Shown: positions 45,930 to 55,467, counted from the stretch's first letter. The stretch is 64,000 nucleotides of DNA from Akkermansia sp. (GCA_017517805.1 JAFWYD010000089.1:26887-90886), one strand, 5' to 3'. The notes: a model not told the origin generated them from the letters alone. A program made the numbers and translations.

Positions 45930-48689
45930 TCAGTGTGCTTCCAGCCAGTTGGGGGCGGTGTTGGCCTCCACCTCCAGCGGCACCCCGTGGGGCAGGGGCA
46001 GGGCGGTGCGCATGGCCTCCGTAATCTGGGGGATGAGGTCGTGCTCGTCCTGGTGCAGGTCGATGAGGAGTTCGTCGTGAATCTGCATGATGAGGCGGCT
46101 GCGGCGGCCTTGCAGCAGCCCGGCTACGCGCACCATGGCGATTTTAATCATATCTGCCGCGCTGCCCTGGATGGGGGTGTTGATGGCGGTGCGCTCTGCG
46201 GCGGCGCGCAGGTTGAAGTTGGCGCTGTTCAGGTCGGGCAGATTGCGGCGGCGACCGCAGAGAGTTTCGGCGTAGCCGCGTTCGCGGGCTTCGGACACGA
46301 GCTTATCCATGCATTCCTTTACTCCCGGGAATTGGGCAAAGTAGCTTTCGATGAGCCCGGCAGCCTCACCGCGCGGGCAGTCCAGCCGCTGGGAGAGACC
46401 GAAGGCCGAGATGCCGTAGATGATGCCGAAGTTCACGGTCTTGGCTTTGCGGCGCATGTCGGCGGTCACTTCCTCATGCGGCACGCCGTAGATGCGGGCG
46501 GCGGTTTCGGCGTGGATATCGCGGCCGGAGGTAAAGGCTGCCATCATGCCGGGGTCGCCGGAGAGGGCGGCCATGAGGCGGAGCTCCACCTGCGAATAGT
46601 CGGCTGAGAGGATGCTGTGCTGAGCATCGCGGGCTACGAAGGCACGGCGAATGAGCTTGCCGGCCTCAGAGCGTACGGGGATATTTTGCAGGTTCGGGTT
46701 CTGCGAGGCCAGGCGTCCCGTGGCGGTCACCATCTGCAGCAGGGTGGAGTGGATGCGGCCATCGCGCGGCGAGATGAAGCGGGGCAGGGCGTCCAGATAG
46801 GTACCTTTCAGCTTGCTCATTTCACGGTATTCGAGGATATCGGCCACCAGCGGGGAGAGGGGAACCAGTTTGCGCAGCGTCTCTTCATCGGTCACATACT
46901 GGCCGGTGCGGGTCTTTTTGGGCTTGGCCAGCAGCTTCATGTCGTCGAAGAGGAGTTCTCCGAGCTGCTTGGGGGAGTTCAGGTTGATGGGGCGGCCCAC
47001 TTGCGCATCGATGCGGGCGCGGATGGTTTCAATCTGCGCGCCGAGTTCCTCCGAACTCTTCTGCAGCAACTCCGGCTCCACGCGCATGCCTTCCTCCTCG
47101 ATGCCAGCCAGCACGGGAATGAGGGGGAATTCGATGCGGCGCATGAGTTCCTCCTGCCCGGCTTCCACCAGCTGCGGTTGCAGCACGTGGTACAGGCGCA
47201 GGGTTACATCGGCATCCTCGGCGGCATATTCGGCCATGGTTTCCACCGGCACAGCGGCGGTGTCCATCTCCTTGCCCTTGCCGGCAATGTCTTCCAGATG
47301 TATGGTCTTGTACTGCAACAGGGCCTCAGCCATTTCATCCATTCCATGCCGCAGCTCCGGGCAAAGTGCGCTGTGCGCCAGCATGCAGTCGAAGAAGGGG
47401 CCGTTTACTACCAGCCCGGCCTGGTGCAGTACCTGGATATCAAACTTGGCATTCAGACCTATTTTTTCAGCACTGCCGGCAAAGGCTGGGGCAAAGCAAT
47501 CCAGCCAGCCCGCCTCTGCGGCGGGGATGTAGTAGGCCTCGTGCTCGTCGATGGCTATGGAGAAGCCCAGCATCCTGTCCATGAGCGGGTCGAGCCCGGT
47601 GGTTTCGGTATCGAAGGCCCAGCGGGGTGCCTGCTCCATGCGTGCGGCTAGGGCTGCTCGGGCTTCGGGGGTGTTGACCAGGTGGTACTGGTGCGGGGTG
47701 GTGTTGATATCGGCCAGCTGGGGCAGGGTGAAGAGGTCGAGCTGCGTCTCGCCCTCAGCCGCTTCTGTAGCAGGGGCGGCGGCGGCAAAGAGTTCGCCCA
47801 TGTCGGCATCGCCGGGTTGGGAGCCGCAGAGTTTGCGGGCCAGTTCCTTGAATTCCAGCTTCTGGAGAATCCCGGCCAGCGCCTGGGTGTCGAAATCCTG
47901 GATTCTGCAATCCTCCAGTTTCAGCTCCACCGGCACATCGCGGCGGATGGTGACCAGCTCGTAGGAAAGACGGGCAGCCTCGGCATTCTGCTCAATTTTC
48001 TCGCGCATTTTGCCCTTGATTTCGGAGCTGCGGGCCAACATGGCCTCAATGCTGCCGAATTGGGTGATGAGTTTTTTAGCCGAAACGGCCCCCACTCCGG
48101 GTACGCCGGGGATATTGTCAGACGCATCGCCCATGAGCGCCAGGATGTCGATAATCTGGCGCGGATTCTCAATGCCCCATTCCTCCAGGAACTCAGCAAC
48201 ACCCACCGTCTCGAAATCGCTGCCCTTCTTGCCCGGTCGCCAGAAGGAACAGGTGGGCGAGAGCAGTTGCCCCAGATCCTTGTCCTTGGAAACCATGTAG
48301 GTATGCATGCCGCCTGCTTCATCGCTCATGCGGGTGATGGTGCCGATGAGGTCATCGGCCTCGTAGCCTGGCATCCGCAGGGTTTTGATGCGCATGGCGG
48401 CCAGGATATCCACAATCCAGGGGATGGAATCGCGCAGCTCCTGCGGCATCGCCTGGCGGTTGGCCTTGTATTCCGGGAAGCGCTCGTGGCGGAACGTGGG
48501 GCCGCTGGGGTCCAGACAGGCTACAATATGCGTAGGTTTTTCTTTTTCAATGAGGTGGACCACCGTGTTGATGAAGCCGAACATGGCAGAGGTGTTCAGC
48601 CCGGTGGAATTGCGCATCGGGTTGTTGATAAAGGCGTAGAAGGCGCGGTAGATAAGCGCCATGCCGTCCAGTATGCAGAGTGTAGCCAT
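45930..48689 (-). CDS. polA: DNA polymerase I
   Basis: Starts MATLCILDGMALIYRAFYA (5'-nuclease domain). 3'-5' exo region FDTETTGL. Pol motifs DYSQVELRLMA, RRKAKTVNFGIIYG and QIHDELL. Confidence 0.95.
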   Translation of the reverse strand: MATLCILDGMALIYRAFYAFINNPMRNSTGLNTSAMFGFINTVVHLIEKEKPTHIVACLDPSGPTFRHERFPEYKANRQAMPQELRDSIPWIVDILAAMRIKTLRMPGYEADDLIGTITRMSDEAGGMHTYMVSKDKDLGQLLSPTCSFWRPGKKGSDFETVGVAEFLEEWGIENPRQIIDILALMGDASDNIPGVPGVGAVSAKKLITQFGSIEAMLARSSEIKGKMREKIEQNAEAARLSYELVTIRRDVPVELKLEDCRIQDFDTQALAGILQKLEFKELARKLCGSQPGDADMGELFAAAAPATEAAEGETQLDLFTLPQLADINTTPHQYHLVNTPEARAALAARMEQAPRWAFDTETTGLDPLMDRMLGFSIAIDEHEAYYIPAAEAGWLDCFAPAFAGSAEKIGLNAKFDIQVLHQAGLVVNGPFFDCMLAHSALCPELRHGMDEMAEALLQYKTIHLEDIAGKGKEMDTAAVPVETMAEYAAEDADVTLRLYHVLQPQLVEAGQEELMRRIEFPLIPVLAGIEEEGMRVEPELLQKSSEELGAQIETIRARIDAQVGRPINLNSPKQLGELLFDDMKLLAKPKKTRTGQYVTDEETLRKLVPLSPLVADILEYREMSKLKGTYLDALPRFISPRDGRIHSTLLQMVTATGRLASQNPNLQNIPVRSEAGKLIRRAFVARDAQHSILSADYSQVELRLMAALSGDPGMMAAFTSGRDIHAETAARIYGVPHEEVTADMRRKAKTVNFGIIYGISAFGLSQRLDCPRGEAAGLIESYFAQFPGVKECMDKLVSEARERGYAETLCGRRRNLPDLNSANFNLRAAAERTAINTPIQGSAADMIKIAMVRVAGLLQGRRSRLIMQIHDELLIDLHQDEHDLIPQITEAMRTALPLPHGVPLEVEANTAPNWLEAH

Positions 48690-48748
48690 CAGGTGCTTAA
48701 TGTAACATACAACACCCGTGTACTGCAAGGGAAATGGCGGTCAGCAAC

Positions 48749-49516
48749 TCAAGCTCCTGCTTCTATGACTGCCGCAGGATTGAAATCGCGCCCCTCGCCC
48801 AGGTGGACATAGCCCAGCTGGTTGCTGAGGCAGTAGGTGGTGCCGATGCGGAGGTTCTTGTTGCGGTGTGAGTGTCCGTAAATCCAGAAATCGGCATCGC
48901 AGTCTGCTACGAAATCGGTCAGGTCGGCCATGTAGGCTCCATTCAGTCTGCTGCCGATAAACTGCTCATCGAGCAGCAGGGGGCTGGGCAGGTGGTGGGT
49001 CACGACCACTTTGCAGGCGGCGGTGCTGCGGCGCAGGGCCTGCTGCAGGAAATGCAGGCATTGCTCGTGCGCACAGTTGAAGTCGGCCGGCATTAGCGCA
49101 TCTCCCTGGTACCCGATGCGGGCGAAATCTGCCACGCGTTCGGCACACACGATCTCATCTTCGTGGGCTATATGCCCCCAGAGGGTGCTCAGGATGATAT
49201 CGGCTCCGCCCAGGGAAACGATTCCATTGTATACCCTCCTGACATTCGGCCGCAGGAATTCGCAAAATCCATCAGGCAGGGAAGCAAGGTCATAGCCCCG
49301 GTAGAATTCATGGTTGCCGGGGCATACCAGGACTTCCCGGTAGTGTGCTGCGGCCCAGTCCCAGAACGGGTGTTGGTTGTGCGCGGCAGAGCCCATGTAG
49401 CAGATATCGCCCGCGAGCACCAGCACCTCTCCCGTGACCTGCAGGGGCTGTGCCAGCAGGTGGAGTGTGTTGGATTTGAACTCCAGGTGAAGATCGGAGG
49501 CGTATTGGATGACCAT
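48749..49516 (-). CDS. Metallophosphoesterase family protein
   Basis: 255 aa. Calcineurin-like motifs SDLHLE, AGDI, GNHEF and GHSH. Confidence 0.85.
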   Translation of the reverse strand: MVIQYASDLHLEFKSNTLHLLAQPLQVTGEVLVLAGDICYMGSAAHNQHPFWDWAAAHYREVLVCPGNHEFYRGYDLASLPDGFCEFLRPNVRRVYNGIVSLGGADIILSTLWGHIAHEDEIVCAERVADFARIGYQGDALMPADFNCAHEQCLHFLQQALRRSTAACKVVVTHHLPSPLLLDEQFIGSRLNGAYMADLTDFVADCDADFWIYGHSHRNKNLRIGTTYCLSNQLGYVHLGEGRDFNPAAVIEAGA

Positions 49517-49524
49517 GGCGTGTG

Positions 49525-51036
49525 TCAGAATCCGAAATGCAGGGGGAAACGTTCCTTCAGAATAATCACCTTGAAGGTGTTGAACTCCGGGTTGACCTCT
49601 ACCTGGTAGCCCTGCTGCTTGAAGTGCTGCTCGGCGTTGAGGTATAAATCAAGTGTTCGGGGTTCCTTTTCGGTCATGATGAGCGCCACCTGGGGGAAAC
49701 GGCGGAGCAGGTTCCTGGTCAGCTCCAGGAGCCGGGGGGTATCAAGCTCATTGATGCTGGTCGCGACACGGGGGGCCAGAACCGGGCAGCGCGGGGTGAT
49801 GAGCAGGTTGTAGTAATGATAGACAAAGCGTTCTCCCTGAACCAGGACCGGCATGTGGCCGTCCAGGCAGCCTTTCTCCTGCAAATAATTGATGGCTCCC
49901 TTGTAGTCATCCTTCTGGTATGCCTCGACGTATCGCAGACGGGCTGAGGAGGTCAGCAGCAGTGCAACAGTCAGGATGACCCACGGGCGGCAAAGCCATT
50001 TCCGGCGCTGTTCCCAGGCTCCTTGCATGAGGTAAACCGTGGCGATGAATACCATGGGGTAGAGGAAGATGACGTGGCGCTCACGGAATTGGAAATTGCG
50101 GGTGAAGGCGGCCACAAAGAAAACCACCCCCAGCACCAGGCTGGAAAGGATGCAGGGTTCTTTGAGCAGCGTGAGCAGGCGGCGGATGTTGAGGATGAGC
50201 AGAACCAGGAGGCTGAGTGCCAGGCTGGCTGCCAGCGCAATCATGGTCGGGGTGATGAGATGGTAGCTGCCCAGGCGCATATCGTTGCGCGGAAGCCCCA
50301 GCCCAGCCATGCCCGCCAGGCAGTAACCGGAGCTTGCGATGTTGAACAGGCCGGGGGCTCCCCATCCCTGGTTTTCCCCGTGTGGCATGTGCTGCATGTA
50401 GCGCCAGGCAATGAAGAGGATAAGCGCGGCAAAGGGTGCGACCACCAGGAGTTCCTTGAGGAGGAAGCGCCCGCTCCCTTCCTCCTTTGCCCTGCAGACC
50501 AGGGCGTAGAGATAGAAAACCCCGGCAAAGCCGAAAATGAAATGGAGAGAGAAGCCGAGGGTGAGCCATGCGAAGATGATGGCGGTGTTGCAGAGTGTGT
50601 ATTTCCGAGGGGAGTAGAAGCAATGCCAGATCAAGGCGCAGGTGCAGGCCGTGATGGAGATGTAGGGACCCGTGTCATTCATGTAGTACACCATCATCGG
50701 GTGCAGGGCAAACAGCAGCAGCCACCAGACCGGGAGCTTCAGCTGCCGCAGAATGCGCAGCATGTAGACCGCGGCAATCATGAGGAAGGGCAGGTTGAAT
50801 GCCCGGAGTACTATTTCTGATGACCCTACCAGCGAATCCCAGAGGTAGAGCGCATGCACCAGCCCCACTTGCATGAAGTCCCAGCAATGGCGGAAGTATC
50901 CGTCTTCTATCCGAGCGCGGCTGAATTGGATTCGCATGCCCTCATCCATCCAGAAACTGTGAGAGCTGAGGGAGCAGATGCCTGCCAGCATGACAAGCAG
51001 CAGGAGGATGATGAGACTGATTGTTTGTTTTTTCAT
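49525..51036 (-). CDS. GT-C-fold membrane glycosyltransferase (GT39/GT83, ArnT/PMT-like)
   Basis: Starts MKKQTISLIILLLLVML. First periplasmic loop has the FWMDEG (DE) motif. About 12 TM helices plus a C-terminal soluble domain. The ORF-track start at 51183 overlaps the GT2 gene. Confidence 0.7.
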   Translation of the reverse strand: MKKQTISLIILLLLVMLAGICSLSSHSFWMDEGMRIQFSRARIEDGYFRHCWDFMQVGLVHALYLWDSLVGSSEIVLRAFNLPFLMIAAVYMLRILRQLKLPVWWLLLFALHPMMVYYMNDTGPYISITACTCALIWHCFYSPRKYTLCNTAIIFAWLTLGFSLHFIFGFAGVFYLYALVCRAKEEGSGRFLLKELLVVAPFAALILFIAWRYMQHMPHGENQGWGAPGLFNIASSGYCLAGMAGLGLPRNDMRLGSYHLITPTMIALAASLALSLLVLLILNIRRLLTLLKEPCILSSLVLGVVFFVAAFTRNFQFRERHVIFLYPMVFIATVYLMQGAWEQRRKWLCRPWVILTVALLLTSSARLRYVEAYQKDDYKGAINYLQEKGCLDGHMPVLVQGERFVYHYYNLLITPRCPVLAPRVATSINELDTPRLLELTRNLLRRFPQVALIMTEKEPRTLDLYLNAEQHFKQQGYQVEVNPEFNTFKVIILKERFPLHFGF

Positions 51037-51053
51037 GGTATTCAGTTCGTGTG

Positions 51054-51785
51054 TCAGAGCTTTTTCCCTTTGCCGCTCAGGTGGCTCAGGGTGTAGTGAA
51101 AAAGGCATTGGCAGGCATTGAGCAGCGCTTTCCGGGAGACTCGGGGGGAGGGCGAGGTGTAATGAATGGGCACCTCTATCCACTTGCTGTGCCTCAGCAG
51201 GTAGCGCAGCTCAGTCTGGTAGAAGTGCGCCTGCGAACGCAGCGGATACGCCAGCAGCCGTTCCATCACCTCGTACCGGAAGGCTTCGAATCCGCTGGTG
51301 GCATCCTGCATCGGGCAGCTCAGGAGCGCCCGGGCAAGAAATGAACCGAATCGCGAGAGAAAACGCCGCCGGAAGGGAGAATGCTCCATGCTCCCGCCTT
51401 CGATGTAGCGAGAACCGAAGGCGCATTCGTACCCCGCGGCCATAGCTTCGACAAAAGCGGGTATATCCTGCGGGGCATGAGAACCGCCGCCATCCATCTC
51501 GATGATGAAATCCGGCTTTTCGCGCATGGCTTCGCGGAACCCGCGAAGGTAGGCATCGACCACATTCTTGTTTTCCGGAGCCCAGATGGCATGGTAGCGT
51601 GAATCCTGCTGCTGCAGGCGGAGGCATAATTCCGGCGTGGCATCGGTCGAGGCTTTATCCGTTACCAGGTAGACGGACACCCCCGGATAGGCATCAATGA
51701 CCCGTGAAAGCTCTGCGATGAATGAAGAAAAACTTGTTTCTTCATTCGCCATGGGAATGCAGATGGCAAATCGAGGGCTGGTCAT
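51054..51785 (-). CDS. GT2 polyprenyl-phosphate glycosyltransferase (GtrB/DPM1/ArnC-like)
   Basis: 243 aa. ICIPMANEE start, VTDKASTD, IEMDGGGSH (DxD-equivalent region) and GFEAFR blocks typical of GT2. Confidence 0.8.
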   Translation of the reverse strand: MTSPRFAICIPMANEETSFSSFIAELSRVIDAYPGVSVYLVTDKASTDATPELCLRLQQQDSRYHAIWAPENKNVVDAYLRGFREAMREKPDFIIEMDGGGSHAPQDIPAFVEAMAAGYECAFGSRYIEGGSMEHSPFRRRFLSRFGSFLARALLSCPMQDATSGFEAFRYEVMERLLAYPLRSQAHFYQTELRYLLRHSKWIEVPIHYTSPSPRVSRKALLNACQCLFHYTLSHLSGKGKKL

Positions 51786-51789
51786 GGTC

Positions 51790-52284
51790 TTATCGGGCGG
51801 GGGATTTGAAAACGTATTGCCGCATGGTCAGGTATGAACAGGCCGCGGCCAGGAGCATGCCAGCCAGCAGGGCTGGGGGATACGATGCTCCTGCGCTGAA
51901 TTGGCGTAGTTCGGGCGTGAAACTGAGGTTGTTGGTGATGATGTACCACCAGAAATAGAGGATGATAAGCTGCTGGATGAGCCAGGTGCTGGCCAGCAGC
52001 ACACTCATGGAAAGCCCCTGGCTGAGCAGGAATCTGGTGATGGAGCGGATTTTCGGAGCCTGTTTTGCAACGCTCCGGAAACTCCACAGCCGGTTGCCTA
52101 TGTATGAAACCGCCCAGCCTCCTGCATACCCTACCAGGGTGGAAAGAATGGTGCAGCCACCCCACACATGGTAGTAGAAAATCCAGGAAATCACACCATG
52201 CACCAGGGAGGCAGCCGCCCCGACGAGTAGGAATTTGGCAATGCGCTCGTGCCGGCAGATGAGATGTTGTAAGGACGTTATCAT
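51790..52284 (-). CDS. GtrA-family membrane protein (polyprenyl-P-sugar translocation)
   Basis: KFLLVGAAASLVHGVISW ... SYIGNRLWSFR pattern of GtrA-like proteins. 4 TM helices. 4 nt upstream of the GT2 gene. Confidence 0.75.
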   Translation of the reverse strand: MITSLQHLICRHERIAKFLLVGAAASLVHGVISWIFYYHVWGGCTILSTLVGYAGGWAVSYIGNRLWSFRSVAKQAPKIRSITRFLLSQGLSMSVLLASTWLIQQLIILYFWWYIITNNLSFTPELRQFSAGASYPPALLAGMLLAAACSYLTMRQYVFKSPAR

Positions 52285-52428
52285 ATACTGAGCAGGAAGA
52301 AGCTTTTCATCGTTTCTCTCTCGTATTTGTGGCAGATGCACCTATGCTATCATGTTTGCTCTGCGTTGTACAGGTATATAAATGTAAGTATTGTACCATT
52401 TGTTTTTTGCATACTTCTGCGGAGAACA

Positions 52429-52457
52429 CAAAACCCGGCAGATGTTCATCTGCCGGG
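52429..52457 (-). terminator. Rho-independent terminator after the His-rich peptide gene
   Basis: Stem cccggcaga/tctgccggg (52434-52457), followed on the minus strand by ttttgtgtt. Confidence 0.75.
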
Positions 52458-52510
52458 TGTGGAATGTGTCTCTCCGTTTTTATCGGGAGGCTGCAATCAG
52501 CCGCGTCCGA

Positions 52511-52768
52511 TTATCTGCCGTGGTGGCGGCCAGGATGATGCGGGCCGTGGGGCTTGGGGTGCGGGCCGATGTGCGGGCCGTGGGGCTTGGGGTGCGGGCC
52601 GATGTGCGGGCCGTGGGGCTTGTGGTGCGGGCCGATGTGCTTGCCGGGGTGGTGAGCAGCGTGGGGGGCACCATGATGGTGGCCACGATGCTCATGATGG
52701 CGCGGACCCTGGGCCATGGCGACAGAGGCCGAGGCAACGATAGCGATGAGTGCAAGTATCTTGTTCAT
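52511..52768 (-). CDS. Small secreted histidine/proline/glycine-rich tandem-repeat protein
   Basis: 85 aa. Signal MNKILALIAIVASASVAMA. The mature 66 residues are dominated by His with repeats GPHIGPHPKPH. Has its own terminator and an AT-rich upstream region. Confidence 0.75.
   Translation of the reverse strand: MNKILALIAIVASASVAMAQGPRHHEHRGHHHGAPHAAHHPGKHIGPHHKPHGPHIGPHPKPHGPHIGPHPKPHGPHHPGRHHGR
52538..52640. repeat. 33-bp tandem repeat (3 copies + partial) encoding the GPHIGPHPKPH repeats
   Basis: Units 52538-52570, 52571-52603 and 52604-52636 differ by 1 nt each. The period of 33 is in frame (11 aa). Confidence 0.9.
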
Positions 52769-53029
52769 GTATGTATCAGTTGATTGTTTTTTACTGCCCC
52801 GGTTACCGGGGCTTACATTTAGAAAGCGGATGAAGAAATGGCTTTTGTGTAAAAAAAAGAGAAAAATCAGTTTTTTTTTGAGAAGATAGGTGAATTGGAT
52901 GTGGTAATATGTTGTAAAATAGTTGTTTGTGGGTTTTGTAAGGATTTTTTTTATGCCCTCAGCGTGGATTGTGCGGGGGATGGATGAAAAAATCTTGATT
53001 CGGCCACCAGCAGAAGCTAGGATACGGGC

Positions 53030-53386
53030 ATGCCGGTATCGCCAGAAAAATTGCAGAAGCTACAGGAGATGATGCAGCGCCTCAGGGTGCATCAGAATAA
53101 TCTGGAAGAAAAATTCGTGCGAGGCAGCGGCAAAGGTGGGCAGAAGGTGAACAAGACCAACAATTGCGTGTATCTCACCCATGTGCCGACAGGGATTGTC
53201 ATCCGCTGTCATTGCGAGCGCGAACGCGAAATCAATCGCTATCTGGCCCGCCGCACCCTATGCGAGGAACTCGACCATCGCCTCAATGGAGCCCCAAGCC
53301 CGCGCCAGCTGGAGCTGAAGCGGGCTCGCAAGCGCGGCGGCCAGCCCCGATCGTGCAGCATTACCCAGCGGAAGATGGAGGAATAA
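53030..53386 (+). CDS. RF-1-domain (GGQ) protein, ArfB/ICT1-like peptidyl-tRNA hydrolase
   Basis: 118 aa. GSGKGGQKVNKTNNCVYLTH contains the GGQ motif. Basic C-terminal tail KRARKRGGQPR. Confidence 0.75.
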   Translation: MPVSPEKLQKLQEMMQRLRVHQNNLEEKFVRGSGKGGQKVNKTNNCVYLTHVPTGIVIRCHCEREREINRYLARRTLCEELDHRLNGAPSPRQLELKRARKRGGQPRSCSITQRKMEE

Positions 53387-53447
53387 AGCACCCGGCAGTT
53401 GGGACTGCCGGGTGTGGATGAGTTTGTTTATGGGGAAAAGTGGAGAA

Positions 53448-54095
53448 TCAACGGTACATATTACCGGATTCATTCTGCTTTTTCTCCTCGGCTTCCTCAT
53501 CAATCTTATTTGCAAATTCTTCCTGGTTGGCTTGCATGAGCACCTTCACTTTATCGAGTGTCCCCATGTTAAGGTCGACAGCCGGTTTTTTCTTGGATTT
53601 TTTCTCCTTAGTCTGTTCATTGCCTCCGTCGGACCAGGATTCGCGTTGCTGGCGGCTGCGCTGCTTTTCTGTATATTCTATGAAATCCTTGTACATTTTC
53701 CGGCGCTTGGAACCCAGCTTGATATGGCAGGGTTTCAAGTCCTCGACCGTAATTTCCATATCGTTGATGATGATAGGCTTGTTTTCCGTATAGATGGCTG
53801 AATATTTCTTAATGATATCATCTGCCATTTTGTTGGCTTTCTTGAAATCGCGCTCGTTCTTGGCCTTTTTGAGCAAGTTGGTAAGCTGTCGCATCTCCTT
53901 GAATTCATCGGCTGTGAATTTCTGGCAGGCGATGAGCATGGCGCGCTTCCATTCCTTGGAGCCTTTTTCCGGTACATTGGAAACGCTTTCTTCAGTCGGG
54001 GCTACTTCCTCGTCTTCGGCATAGGACGGGGTCACACAGAGGCTTGTACCTGCGAACAGGCAGAGGGCATAAAGGGAAAAGAGTCGGAGTTTCAT
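53448..54095 (-). CDS. Hypothetical secreted Lys/Glu-rich protein (low-GC gene)
   Basis: Start MKLRLFSLYALCLFAGTSLCVTPSYA (signal). Highly charged and AT-rich compared with the neighbourhood. No family motif recognised. Confidence 0.55.
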   Translation of the reverse strand: MKLRLFSLYALCLFAGTSLCVTPSYAEDEEVAPTEESVSNVPEKGSKEWKRAMLIACQKFTADEFKEMRQLTNLLKKAKNERDFKKANKMADDIIKKYSAIYTENKPIIINDMEITVEDLKPCHIKLGSKRRKMYKDFIEYTEKQRSRQQRESWSDGGNEQTKEKKSKKKPAVDLNMGTLDKVKVLMQANQEEFANKIDEEAEEKKQNESGNMYR

Positions 54096-54234
54096 GAGTT
54101 GATTCTGTTTTGCGTTCACCATGTTGGTGCGAAATGCGGGCGATGTCAAGATAAATAACATGCAAGGACGCAGATTGTGCGTGTTTTGGGGGTGAAAAAG
54201 GCAGCTCTCGGAATCTTATCTTACGGAACAGTCG

Positions 54235-54621
54235 TTATTCCGGGATAGCGAAAAAATCTATTTTCTCCGTTCGGTCGCTTCCTGGTTGGGGGGAACCGCC
54301 TGTCTGGCCAGGTGGTTTGCTGATACCGGGTTCCAGTTGTTTCAGGCATGTATCGAGCACCTCGGGGGCCTGTTTCTGGATGCGTTCGAGTGATTGCCCC
54401 ATTTCATCGCTCAGGTGTTCTACTGCTCCATTGGTTCTCGGGTCGTGGAAAATCTTTTTCAGATTTTCCATATTCATGAGGTAGGCCATCATATCGTTGA
54501 ATGATTTGTCCGGGTGGTCCTGGGTCGCGACCAGGCTGATGCCAAGGACCATGAAAATGATAAAGGCAGTACCCAGGAAATACAGGGTGAACTTCATGGA
54601 ATTGATGATAGCGGAAAACAT
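54235..54621 (-). CDS. Hypothetical single-pass membrane protein
   Basis: 128 aa. One N-terminal TM helix (FTLYFLGTAFIIFMVLGISLV). 9 nt downstream of the preceding gene. Confidence 0.5.
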   Translation of the reverse strand: MFSAIINSMKFTLYFLGTAFIIFMVLGISLVATQDHPDKSFNDMMAYLMNMENLKKIFHDPRTNGAVEHLSDEMGQSLERIQKQAPEVLDTCLKQLEPGISKPPGQTGGSPQPGSDRTEKIDFFAIPE

Positions 54622-54630
54622 GCTGAGCCG

Positions 54631-55467
54631 TTATGGGTGTGAGGAGTGTCGTATAGCCCGGATACTGCGCGCAAGGAGATAGAGCACCAGCGCGCCGATA
54701 AGCTGCAGAGGCTCCAGGAGAAAGAGAATGCCGATGAGGGCAATAAGCGCTTCGCTGCCGGAGTACATGACGGGAATGGTGAGGAAGGCCACCCCGATGG
54801 GGTAGAGCAGCGCCACGGCAAACCAAAGGACGGTGTGTCCCTTTTTCCTCACATCAAAGCGGGGGAAAAGCAGCAGGAAGCCCAGCGGCACCAGCAGAAT
54901 GAAAGCCACTACGGCGCTACCGTACAGCACCACATACCAGGTCGGGAAATCGCGCCCTTCGCCCGGTTCATAGGCAGAGAATACGTAGGAATGGTTGCCG
55001 AAGGAATTGTCCCAGCGGTGTCGGAATACCAGCAGCGTGCGGCCATCGCGCAGCCGGGCCAGTGTCATGTCCTTCACATCGTAGACCGGTTCGCCGGTGC
55101 ATATTTCTGCCAGACGTTTCCTATGGGCGGTGAGCAGGGGTGTCTCTGGGGCAAGGGCCTCCTGCCAGTGCGGTTGCAGGCGGATGTTTTCGTGCCGACC
55201 CTCTGCCAGACCGAAACGCTTGGCGATTTCTGCGTGCCAGTCTTCTGTGGCGTGAAAGACAAAGATGACGCCCTTGTAGTCATCTTTGCCGGTCGCCCAC
55301 TCCTCCTCAATCAATTCCTGCGGGGGCGGACCGAGCCATGCCTGAAAAGTGCTCCAGTCCTCCCATGGTGTCGGTTTCGGCAGGGGGATGGGCAGGAAGT
55401 ACAGCGCCGCCAGCCCCAGAATCATCAGGGCATAGCAGATGCAGTAGGTGCGGCGAGCCCGGCTCAT
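54631..55467 (-). CDS. Hypothetical membrane protein (N-terminal TM, soluble middle, 3-4 C-terminal TM helices)
   Basis: 278 aa. Ordinary composition, no recognisable motif. Confidence 0.55.
   Translation of the reverse strand: MSRARRTYCICYALMILGLAALYFLPIPLPKPTPWEDWSTFQAWLGPPPQELIEEEWATGKDDYKGVIFVFHATEDWHAEIAKRFGLAEGRHENIRLQPHWQEALAPETPLLTAHRKRLAEICTGEPVYDVKDMTLARLRDGRTLLVFRHRWDNSFGNHSYVFSAYEPGEGRDFPTWYVVLYGSAVVAFILLVPLGFLLLFPRFDVRKKGHTVLWFAVALLYPIGVAFLTIPVMYSGSEALIALIGILFLLEPLQLIGALVLYLLARSIRAIRHSSHP

Noticed and set aside
52538-52640. 33-bp tandem repeat as a non-coding satellite or CRISPR-like array
   Set aside because: The period is a multiple of 3 and in frame with an ORF that has a good signal peptide, an ATG and a terminator. 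There are no spacers between units.
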